Source: Callorhinchus milii (lineage: Eukaryota). Taken from it: DNA of 64,000 bases. Position 1 is the stretch's first letter, and each line of letters opens with the position of its first letter. The position numbers and the translations under genes were made by a program. The notes below the pieces were generated by a model that had not been told where the DNA came from, did no database searches, and saw only the letters and a list, made by a program, of their open reading frames with translations. Shown here piece by piece: positions 1 through 10,522 of this stretch. Location of the stretch: positions 103,728,001 to 103,792,000 of the forward strand of contig NW_024704743.1 in NCBI RefSeq assembly GCF_018977255.1, in the 5' to 3' direction.

Positions 1-1047
1 CAAGATACAGTCATTGCACTTCATAGTATAACCTATAAAGCACATTGAGACTTCCTCTTGATGTGAAAGGCATTATACAAAATGTTAAGATTATTATGAA
101 AAACCCTATGAAGTTATTTGAGACATCTTCCCGATATGAAAGACGCTAAATAACATGCAAATATGTATTTATGTTTTACGTGTTGGCCATGAGCATGGTA
201 TTATTGCATCTATTGCAACAGAATACAATTGTGAAAGAAAAATGAGCGAGCTGAACAGCACCAAGGGCTATGAAGATGCAACGAGATCTCATGCAATAAT
301 TGCTCTGATTTAAAGAGCACGTCTGAAGACAGTTAAGGAAGCCATGATCCAGAGCTAATAGACCAATGCAAAATGAGAAGTACCATTGGAAACTCAAGTA
401 ATTGGGCAGAACACACAAAGAGACAATGCTAAATGAAGGTCTGCATTAAATAAATGATGGAAAGCAAGAATAGTCATCATCAGAGTTAAGGGCAGAACCA
501 GCTAACTGGCGCAGGTACAAACATAATGCGTCATGTGGGAACATGGCCTTGGTTTCAAAGCTTGAATGATGAGACCCAACAGAGGTCACAGCAAACCATT
601 TCTCTTCACAAGGAACTTGTGCTCGACAATTCATAAAAATTAACTAATCATTTCATTCTGGTAGAGCTTTTTAAAAATGCATTTTAATCTCTTTTAAGAA
701 CAATTATCTTACAAACCCCTGAAGGCCAAAAAGATTTTTAAAAATTTGATAGCATCTCAGCCCATCAGATTAATCCATCAATCATAATTTGTAAATAAGA
801 TTCCACCCTGGGTCTCTGTAGTGCAGTAAATTCTACAAATGAATGTCTTCTCCCATGAATTGAACTTTGATTGAGGACTTCACAAATTAATTCATAGTTC
901 CTGATATGTCTCCAAGTGTTGAACAACTGATGATGCAGACTTCCTGTAAAAGTGAGTCATTATTGAAATGGGATGTGGGATTAGTGTTTAACTGTCTGAG
1001 AGCAGTTGTTAAATTTTGTGTTTTTTTTGTTAACCTTATGATAATAC

Positions 1048-1244
1048 AATAATCCTTGCATTTGATATAGCGCTTTTCACATCAGGAGGACGTCCCAAAG
1101 CGCTTCACAGAACACACTGTAAAGTGAATTGACTGTATATTTGTGGGCGAACACGGCAGCCAATTGCGCACAGCAATGTCCCACAAATAGTCGTAGATTG
1201 AAAATGACCAATTTATTATTGTTTTTAGTTTTTGGAGGGATTAT
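1048..1244 (-). mobile_element. Young DeuSINE-type SINE, 3' half
   Basis: Near-identical to the 3' half of the full copies at 27923 and 35565 (Deu-like core plus L2-like tail). Confidence 0.9.
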
Positions 1245-1369
1245 TCTTCAAAACAGATTGCAAATGAAAAGCTACACATTGCCAGTATTTTTATAGTTTC
1301 ACTTTGTAACATTCCTCCCTCATGTGCACAGTATTTATTCAAAAATACACTAAAATGAGTAAATACCCA

Positions 1370-1530
1370 ATTATCTATAATCAAATCAATAATCAAATGG
1401 ATAGCCGGCTATGTATAATCAAATCGATAGCTGGCTACATATTATCAAATCGATAGCCAGCCATTTATAATCAATGGTTAGCTATCTGTGATCAATAGTC
1501 GGTTATGTGTCATCAATAGCCGACTAATAG
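1370..1530. repeat. Degenerate tandem repeat, ~26-bp then ~21-bp units
   Basis: Units ATAATCAAATGGATAGCCGGCTATGT / ATAATCAAATCGATAGCTGGCTACAT / ATTATCAAATCGATAGCCAGCCATTT followed by shorter variants. Confidence 0.85.
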
Positions 1531-3048
1531 TTGTATTGTGACTACAGAGAGGCTTTGTGAACATTACGTCCACCCTCCATCTCTGTGCCTACCATTGGAA
1601 AAACCTGGTTGCTGTTCTTATGCATCTACATGAATCACCTTAAGAAAGTGTTGATCATGGCTGTTCCCACTATGTTTGCAGGCTTAGTGTTGACTACACC
1701 AATGTAACTTAGAAAAAAGATCTGATGCTCCTGCAACACATCCTCCGGGTGACCACGTATAGTTTCATTTGTTGCAGAATCATACGGAGGTTTACAAAAA
1801 ACAATTTTAACTGGAATGCTGAAAGCAGAGAGGATGAACCCAGGCATAGTGAACATCTTCACCAACACTGTCCATAGTTTCTCATTGAATATTAAAAAAT
1901 ATGCAAAATTAATAGGGTGTTGACTTGTCTTGAGGTTTATTGCAGCTGAAGATCCAAAATCGTGAAAAGCTTTGTGTTGCAAAACGCCTCAGTATGTTTG
2001 CAATAATCAGTAACACCCACCACAAGAATATGATTGCATTTTTTTTACTAATAGTGTACATATTTAAATTTCCTGTATAAAGATTTCGCACTTTCCACAC
2101 ACAGTACTCCATATTTTGCACTCACAGCAGTTTTGAAGCACCAACATTTAAACACAGGCACAAGGGGACCCAGAATTTAGAAAACATAGTTTGCTCTCAC
2201 TGTATCAGAAAACTTCACTTAATACTTTTGGTAAAACTTTATTATTCAAGTTTAGATGTAAATAACCTCAGTTCTGTCTGAAATAGCTTTCATGGAGGAT
2301 ACAGAAAGAATGTGTAGGTGCGATTAAAAAAAGAAAAAAAATCACAAAATTACATGCATGATGACAGTCAGGAATAATCCCCATATGAGATCAAGGCAGA
2401 GGCAGCAATTTCCTTGCTTTTTGTTTTATGAATTTGGACGGCTTGCTGAGAAACAATATTGTGAAGTATTGATGGATTGGAAAACAATATTTTTTTAATA
2501 AAGATATAAAGAGGCTACTTTTGATTTACAAATGTCGGTAGTTACTCCAACTGATCTTTTCTTTTTTAAAAAAAAATTGCAGTTTAAAAATCGCACACTA
2601 GCCATTTCAGCTCCCAGAAACGCTGCCCCATGCATTGAAACGAGTGACTGCATTTCATTATAAGACCGATGTATGATGCCACTGGAAAAATGCGATAAAC
2701 AAAGTCAACAGCAGAATAGTGATTCCACCATCACTTGTTAAGAACCGTCAACTTTCAAACGGTTTCACTTGAAACATAATATTGAAAAGCAATAACAATG
2801 TGCATATAGTCTTTTCAAGCTTAACAATATGAATTAAGAGCTTTGATAGATAACACAAGGTACATTAATATTCATTAACTGGAATGCATAGGGCTACCCA
2901 TTTTTTTCCCTATTTAAGCATGAAAATAGATTGAGCTACTTCTGTACTTTGCATTAGCAACAACCATATTTGTTTCATGTTGGTATATTTCACTACGTGA
3001 AAGAAAGAGTTCTAATGAAATAGAAATAGGTGCTTCATTACTTCTTTT

Positions 3049-3071
3049 TGCTACATTTGCACATGTAAACA
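3049..3071 (-). promoter_or_regulatory. Adjacent miR-30 (UGUUUACA) and miR-221/222 (AUGUAGCA) 8-mer target sites in the 3' UTR
   Basis: Plus TGCTACAT at 3049-3056 and TGTAAACA at 3064-3071. Confidence 0.6.
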
Positions 3072-3273
3072 GCTAGGAACGAGTCATTATTCCGACTCTG
3101 AAGCATAATGCAATATCTTTGTTGCATACTTTATAGAAAAAAATTATACAATGTGTCAGGCACCATCATTTTCAAATGTTTTACATTTCCTTTTTTTTAG
3201 AAAAATAATATTCTGATTGTTCTCCCAAATTCTAAAATGCAACGTGTACTCACTGGGTTACAGTACTAGAGTT

Positions 3274-4335
3274 CTATTCCTTAGGCTTGCAATTTTTATC
3301 AGATTGCACATTTCTATGTAGGCCCCTCTGAATGTGTGTCATAAAGTCATACTTGTCTGTACAGAAATGCTGGCATATGCTACACTGGAAGGGTCCGTTT
3401 TCACCATGGCAACTCATATGTAATGCATACATTACTTCATCCATAAAGAGAATGCTGCAGTGGATGCACTTTGTCAGCGATTCATCTTGAGTGCCTTTGT
3501 CAACTTTGTCCGGCGTTTTTACCGCGTTCTCCCCACACTCCTCCTTCGTGGATACCGACGCTGTGATTTTGTCCTTTGTGGCACCGTTTGCGGTTGGTCC
3601 TGATCTGGAATGCTTTGTCGCCAGATCCAAAGGAATGTCATTATCAGGTCCATGGGATGAGTAAGTCGGAGGCAGGTTAAAGGCAGGATAAGGCACAAAG
3701 TTTTGGCAGGGGTTCGGGAGGCCAGAGACATGGCTCATGTAGTGTGGATTTCCAGCGACAGACAACTTATACTTACTCCAGAACCGCAACCAGTCAGCTT
3801 CATTTTGTAAATCACTATGCACAAACTGAAAACCAAATAATGGATACTGGTACTTCTCAATAGGGCTTCCTGGAGGAGAGTAGTTTGGGTGCTTTGTAGG
3901 TCGAAGGTATTTTTCTATAGGGCTCCCTCGTTCTGAACCTCCTTTTCCTTCCGAAACAGGCAAACAATTTCCTGAATCGCCGCTGCTTTCCTGAGGGTTC
4001 TTCACCTGGATGTGAAGAGGTTGCATCCTCCTGTGAAGGTCTGCAGTCTGGCCAACCACCAATGCTGTTTGGCCATGGTGCGGTTTACTGACTGAACCAT
4101 ACATGTCAAGTTTGCTCAGGCTAGGCTGCTGCTGCTCTCGGTGTTGACCGTCAGCAGGGTGGTCATCAGGTTTCCTCTCCAGGGAACCATCATTCGATTG
4201 CTCCTCGCTGTTCACCCTCTGCTGTTTGTTTACTTGATCTGTTTGGAGGACTTCAGGGTTAAGCCTCTTTCTTGTGCGTCGTCGAATAATCTGCTCCCCG
4301 TTACTTTGTTTGATGATATTTAAAGGCCTCGGAGT
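3274..4335 (-). CDS. TRPS1: TRPS1 last coding exon (zinc finger transcription factor Trps1, C-terminal part)
   Basis: Polypyrimidine tract plus AG acceptor (minus TTTTGTTCTCTCCTAG|ACTCCG) at 4336-4337. Frame reads [28 protein letters not shown]...GSPIEKY x2...DIPLDLA...[47 protein letters not shown]...KPKE to TAG at 3274-3276. 1062 bp, phase 0. Closely matches the recalled human TRPS1 C-terminus (RRRTRKR NLS at 4264-4284, Ikaros-like double finger). Confidence 0.97.
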   Translation of the reverse strand, partial: TPRPLNIIKQSNGEQIIRRRTRKRLNPEVLQTDQVNKQQRVNSEEQSNDGSLERKPDDHPADGQHREQQQPSLSKLDMYGSVSKPHHGQTALVVGQTADLHRRMQPLHIQVKNPQESSGDSGNCLPVSEGKGGSERGSPIEKYLRPTKHPNYSPPGSPIEKYQYPLFGFQFVHSDLQNEADWLRFWSKYKLSVAGNPHYMSHVSGLPNPCQNFVPYPAFNLPPTYSSHGPDNDIPLDLATKHSRSGPTANGATKDKITASVSTKEECGENAVKTPDKVDKGTQDESLTKCIHCSILFMDEVMYALHMSCHGENGPFQCSICQHFCTDKYDFMTHIQRGLHRNVQSDKNCKPKE

Positions 4336-4605
4336 CTAGGAGAGAACAAAAGAAAAAAAATTATACCTATAACACAAAAATCCATAAGGCACATTATAAT
4401 TTTCATAACGCTGTGCAGTTGTACTCAGATTAATGCTTAATGAGTCAGGAATCTTAGACTAATACAATGTCCTCAGCTGGTATGGGGCCCTCACGGGTAT
4501 CTGCAAGCCCAAGCCCAATAAATGATTCTCTAATTCTCCTATGACTATCTGCTAACTTTGTGCAATGAGCAGCATATATTTATGCTTGTTTTGATCCCCC
4601 CCTCC

Positions 4606-4607
<2 letters not shown>

Positions 4608-4638
<31 letters not shown>
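4608..4638. repeat. (CA)n microsatellite
   Basis: About 15 CA units. Confidence 0.95.
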
Positions 4639-4643
<5 letters not shown>

Positions 4644-5552
4644 AGTGGAATTCCATTCAGGGAGAGGTGATGAGCAGCTGAACATGAGGAATATAATAGC
4701 AGGGCTTAAAAATCGTAAGAAAATAAAGAATGTATGAGTACAAGTTTTTGGAAATGCAAGGAATTTGACTAGCTTGTATAGTTTACACAGCAGTTTAGTG
4801 TTAAGACAGCAGGTTTCACCCATGGTTCAAATAATAATTCTATAATTGCACAATGGGCTCTGAGCCTTACTATCTGCTTTGCTGAACACATGCTCTACAT
4901 TGTAGACAGCTGTCCAGGTGGCTGCCAGAGTTATAGGAGATGCATCCTAAGTGAATAAGTTAAGACAGCCTGTTGACACCTCCAGAATTGGGAAAAATCA
5001 CAGCTGAGACACCCTACATCAACACTGCATCTATTAGCAACAACACAAACAGGTGCATTGGGCATTCACAGCAAGTCAGCCAGCATCTCATAGAGCGAGA
5101 GAGGTTTAACATTTTGAAATTGCCCTTCACCAAAACTGTTGTGCCTTTCCTACATTTTGCTGCATTGTATGCATTTGCCCACAAAATACAGTCACTACAC
5201 TTTGCAGTAAATCCTGTGAAGCTCTTTGAGGTGTCTTCTTGATATGAATGGCATAATATCAAATGCAAGGAATATTATTTTGGTTTTGATTCAAATTTCT
5301 ATACAGTGGATACCTGTTCTAAAGTGGGAGGGAGGAGGGGTGCGCCTGGAAATCCTACCCACCCTATACAATCACTGATCAATGCTACAGCATTCATTGT
5401 CCATACACACAAAGTATGTTGTGTGCTGATGTGAGAATTATCATCGTCAGTGATAATGCACACCACATTCCCCGCCGCCCCCCCAACCCACCCAATAAGA
5501 TTCCCAGATTCCCTTTTTATTTTCCAAATATTGAAAAAGAACAGATAATGAG

Positions 5553-5636
5553 GAGTTGGACTAGATGAATAGCTCTTTCAGAAAACTAACACAGAATAAT
5601 GGATCGAATGGCCTTCTGTGCTGCGAAACAATTCTG
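5553..5636 (+). mobile_element. CR1-type LINE 3' tail fragment
   Basis: ATAGCTCTTTCAGAAAACTAACACAG...ATGGATCGAATGGCCTTCTGTGCTG resembles the CR1 3' end and is the reverse complement of the start of the 7428 element. Confidence 0.55.
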
Positions 5637-6959
5637 CATGCTGCAGTCAACAGCTTGCAGGAAATCCAACTCAACATTATTGATCAAACAGATAAAAGGT
5701 TATTTTTTGAGCACAGATTAATATTCAGTTTCTGTAGACTACCCATACAGTAACAAACTGAGTAATAGGGGAAAACTATGCTTAATTTTTCTTAAAAAAA
5801 GGCAAGACTACCATTTATTTCTTTGATTACAATTTGCCACTGCTATCTCTGCTGGATTTTTCAGGTGTGAACGTTTTGCCCATGCAATTATTCGGATGGT
5901 TGATCGACACAAAAAATCCCTTGTAGAAATGGGTTAGTCCCAGGAAAGTCATTTAGAGAGCTGAACCTAGTTTTAGTTGTTTTGATTTTGTTTACTGATT
6001 CCAAAAAGCAGCTGGGTATATATTGGTCTACTCCAGCCTACTTGGATAACCATTAGTCATATGCTCTTGGCATAGAGAGATCTACGAATCTCTCCTTGCA
6101 AAATAGAGTTTGTCACATTGTTCAGTAATCACAGCTGTGAGCACCATTGGGAATTATTGCTTTGTATACCATTTTTTGTTTTCCCCTTTGTTTCTGGTTT
6201 GCACGGCATCTTAGTTTTGATCACAGGAAAATCTTGAAACCAAACTTTAATCATTAGGGACATCCCACCATCAATCAGCCTTTTTTATGAGACAATGGTC
6301 TCTCTCCAGTTCAGCAATGATGTTGGTATACTCAGGATCTGCTTGTAAATAAAAGCTGCTGGCCACATGGGGACTTGTTTGTAGAGCAGAACTCACATAA
6401 ATCACATCATAACATTGAATATGACATGCAAAGTATGAGTTAGACAAACTTGTGCAAGTCATACAAAATCCGATTTAATCAATAATTTACACTGTGCATG
6501 CATACTTCAATGCAGCCAGTTAGTGTGGTAGCAGAGTTACGAGTTAGAAGATATTTGCTGTATAAAATGACTAGTGCAAAGAAATCTAAGTGCTTTTTGG
6601 TAGGAAACGGAATGGGATTTGGTTGCATGTACGACTTAGGTAATTATACGATTTATAAAGATAAGGGTTTTATTGCATAGACATGCTATCAAGGTGCTGA
6701 ATGACCTCAGTGAAGGCCTGAATGAATGTTTCCTTTGGGGCTAGCTGTTTACAGGACTGATGCCAATCATGCATGGAATAAACCTGGCATTTCCCCAGAA
6801 GCCTAAGCGAATGCCACTCGACTCTTTTCAGCCTCAATTAAAAGCTAACATTGGAATAACATTTCCCCCATAAGTTTAACTTGTAAAGCCACTAGCCAAT
6901 GTGAAACTGAAGCACACAAACCAGAAAGTCACTGTTTTTCATCCTCATTAAATGAAGAT

Positions 6960-7409
6960 GTGTCCTGTTGGCTCAGTTGGTATCACACTTGCCTCTGAGT
7001 CACAAAATTGTAGGTTCAAGCACCATGTCAAAACTTGAATTGTGATAATCTAAGATGACACTCCAGTGCAGTGCTGGGGGTGTATTGCATTGTTGGAGGT
7101 CTTGTCCTTTGGATGAGACATTATACCAAGGTCCTGCCTGCCTGTTCAGATGGATGTTAAAGATTTCACTACTCAGAAGAGAAGTGAGTGTTTCCCAGCG
7201 CTGTAGCCCAGAATCCCCAAAATAAAATTGGTCATTCGTTTCATGACTATTTGTGGGACATGACTGTCCACAATTAGGCTGCCATGTTTGCCTACAAATA
7301 CACAGCAACTCCATTTCACAGTAAATCCTGTGAAGCGAATTGGAACATACTCCTGAGGTAAAAGGAGCTATACCAGAATTATTGTTATTAGTATTATTAT
7401 TATTATTAT
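6960..7409 (+). mobile_element. Older full-length DeuSINE (SacSINE1-like)
   Basis: tRNA-like head TGGCTCAGTTGG...GGTTCAAG, long central region, Deu-like core, (TTA)n tail. Confidence 0.85.
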
Positions 7410-7427
7410 TAAGTAAGTTAGCTGACA

Positions 7428-7635
7428 TCATAGAATTATACAGCACAGAATTCAGCCCATCGTGTGTGTGCTGGCTCTTTGAAAAGAACTATCCAAATGA
7501 ATCCCATTCCCCGTTCTCTCCCTACAGCCCTGCAAACTTGTCCTCCCAAATAGTTATCTACTTCTCTCTCAAAGTTGTTATCAAATCGACTTCCACTACC
7601 CTTTCAGGCAATGCATTCCAGATCTGAACAACTCA
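7428..7635 (-). mobile_element. CR1-type LINE 3' fragment
   Basis: CATAGAATTATACAGCACAGAA...TTCCACTACCCTTTCAGGCAATGCATTCCAGATC is a typical antisense CR1 3' end; similar to 60577-61097. Confidence 0.7.
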
Positions 7636-8080
7636 CCTTTGACCGCAGTGTCTATAGGCTCGAGAAACAAAATATTATTCACAACTCCTGCTCGATAAGT
7701 TATTCCCTGCTGGAAGGTACATGTATGGATATCAGTTAAAGATGCTTCCCATCCACCCACCTCACCCCAGATATCCACTGTCCAGCTCAGAGATGAAGAA
7801 TGGTCTTTTGGGTGATATACAGGAATCAGCCACCAACACTGAATTAGCATCTTCAAAGGTGAAGGAAAGAATTTTAAATCCCAAAGTCTTCAAAAATGAT
7901 TTACAATGAATCATTTGTGTGTGTGTATGTGTGTGAGTGTATACCTGCACACACACCTCCCCCTCCCTGGTCTAGCAAAAAAGTGGAGAGAGCATTAAGC
8001 TCCACCAGCGTTCAATGTTGTAATAATGAAACACCTCTGATCTCTGAATGATCACACTGGGAATCCCCTGAGGGAAATTA

Positions 8081-8335
<255 letters not shown>

Positions 8336-8881
8336 TCATGTGATTTGTGAAGTTAGGGCAAATCAAACACAAGAGTTTTGTCTCTATTCTGGCAGAAATA
8401 ACCGTAGCAAACAAAGTTGCTCAAAGTAAGGTCACTTTTAATTGTGACTAATCGCAGTTGCTGAATCCCATTATAATTAAGCAAACAGTGAGACATTAAG
8501 AAGAGAAAATCCATCAAATCATTTCTGCAGAATATTCAGAACATTATGAAGGCAATTTCATTAACTTGTTAGGCTTTCTAGATTCTCGTCCTTAAAGTTT
8601 AAGTCAAGAAAGACGTTAAAGCAAGTTTTTTTTTAAAAACTACATAATTTGTTTTGTATCCAGACGTTTTAGCATTTCCCCTTGATTCACAATTCTGTGA
8701 AACACAGTGATATTATATCCTGAAACAATCCGTCAAAGCATTTCCATTCAAACCTTTATTTTGCAATTTCTGACAATGATGTGAATTATTTTCAGATGCA
8801 GGATAAAACAAAACACATGTGCAAAATGCCATCAAATATAACATGCAGTTTGATTTGTAAATAGTTAAAACCAAATGAATA

Positions 8882-9326
8882 ATAAATAATCATCCTTAAA
8901 TTTGATAGCGTACCTTCATGCCAACAGGACATTTCAAAGTGTTTCACAGGATATACTGTAAAGAGCATTGACTATTTGTAGGTGAATGCGACAGTCCATT
9001 TGTACACAGCAATGTCCCACAAACAGCCACAAAGTGAATGAAGAATTTTAGTCAAGAGATTGACTAAAATTAGGAGTTGTCCAGGACCCTGAGAGAATCT
9101 CCCTTCTCTTTTCAATTACTGCTACAAGATCTTTAGCATCCACCTGAATAGGTAGATGGGTTCTAGGCATCTCATTCAAAGGACAGCAACTCCAACAATG
9201 AGGCAAACCCAGCATTACATTAAAGAGTCAGCATAGACTATGCGAGTTCCAAGTCATGACGTGGTGCTTGAACCCAGAACCTTCCGACTCAGAAGCGAGA
9301 TTGCTATCAACTGCATCAGGCTGACA
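8882..9326 (-). mobile_element. Older full-length DeuSINE
   Basis: Reverse complement of the family at 6960; head at about 9326. Confidence 0.8.
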
Positions 9327-10129
9327 TGACTTTCACATCCCCAGAGAAAGGAGTTATGCAACATTAGTTCAGCCTTTTAAACTGAACAATAAATATCTGC
9401 TGTTATATTAGTCCACTATTCCTATTTTCGTTGTGAAGCAAAAAGTAATCAAACCCTTAATTCACACAAATCTTTGGAAAAATTATATGCAACTCTCAAA
9501 GCAAAAAAAAGTTGCCATGAACAACGTATTACTTTATGAGTCAATACAACTTAAACTCGGATGCACGTTCATAATCCATCATGGAAAGAGCACAAGTTAA
9601 TTCTGAAAGCTCTCCTTTACAAGTGCAGCGCTCACCAAAATAGCTGGGGAGAATATAATGCTAATAATTGTATTCTGATATATTCAAAGTGGAAGGATTT
9701 TATAGACATATTTCTGCCTTCAAGACTAGAGCAGTTTCTTGGAACAAAAAAGCACTTGATTCATCTGGCGTTTCACAATGTATTACACAAAAAAAACCTG
9801 GTGAGCAGCCAGTTCCCTATAGGGTAATTTTTCCAACCAGATGCAAGCGCCATTGAAAGACTCGTCAGCTAAACTAATTACGATCTTACATTTGCTGATG
9901 CCTGCTCACTCCAACATTCAACATTGCCCATTAATCATTGATACAAGGAAAATGAATGTAGCCAAAAGCAATGAGGGCTGGTAGACTGCACAGCCATAAA
10001 ATCTGAAATGACTGTAATAATTTAACATGATTCCAGAAATATTTTCAGTTAGCAATAAACAGTTTGAAAGACACAATTACAGTTTTAAAACAAGAATACT
10101 CCCCCCCCCACCCCCCCACCCTATACTTA

Positions 10130-10522
10130 ATTGGGCACAGTCAGAAGCACTCTCTCCTGCAGGTCTGAAGGTCATATGTTCTAACCCCAGATAGGGACTT
10201 CAAATTCACGACCCAAGTGGACCATCCAACGCAATGCTGGGGAAGCAATGCATTGTCAGAGGTGCCATCCTTCGAATGAGATGTTAGGTCCCATTACTCT
10301 ATTCAGGTGGATGTTCAAGATCCCACAGCACTATTTGAAAAGAGTTTCTCCCAGTGTCCCGGCCAGCAATCCCCCAATAAAATTGGTCATCCATTTCATG
10401 GCTGTTTGTCGAGCACCACTGTGCGTAAAATCAGCTGCCACAACACTTCACAGTAAATCCTGTGAAACATTTTGAGGCCTCTTCCTGATGTGAAAGGTAC
10501 TATATCAAATGCAAGGATTATC
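10130..10522 (+). mobile_element. Older DeuSINE
   Basis: Central region, Deu-like core and tail match the family. Confidence 0.8.

Larger units (their letters stand above)
1250..3273 (-). other. TRPS1: TRPS1 3' UTR (distal end uncertain)
   Basis: AT-rich, transposon-free sequence after the stop codon. Minus-strand AATAAA candidates at 2238-2243, 1936-1941 and 1334-1339. Several miRNA seed matches. Confidence 0.7.

Noticed and set aside
1370..1530. CRISPR-like array
   Set aside because: Vertebrate context, degenerate adjacent units, no unique spacers and no cas genes.
3838..3930. Tandem GSPIEKY peptide repeat
   Set aside because: Recalled as also present in human TRPS1, so not novel.
3274..4215. 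ORF start at 4215 as the gene start, or an Ikaros-family gene
   Set aside because: The frame extends 40 codons further to a splice acceptor; the Ikaros-like fingers are the known TRPS1 C-terminus.
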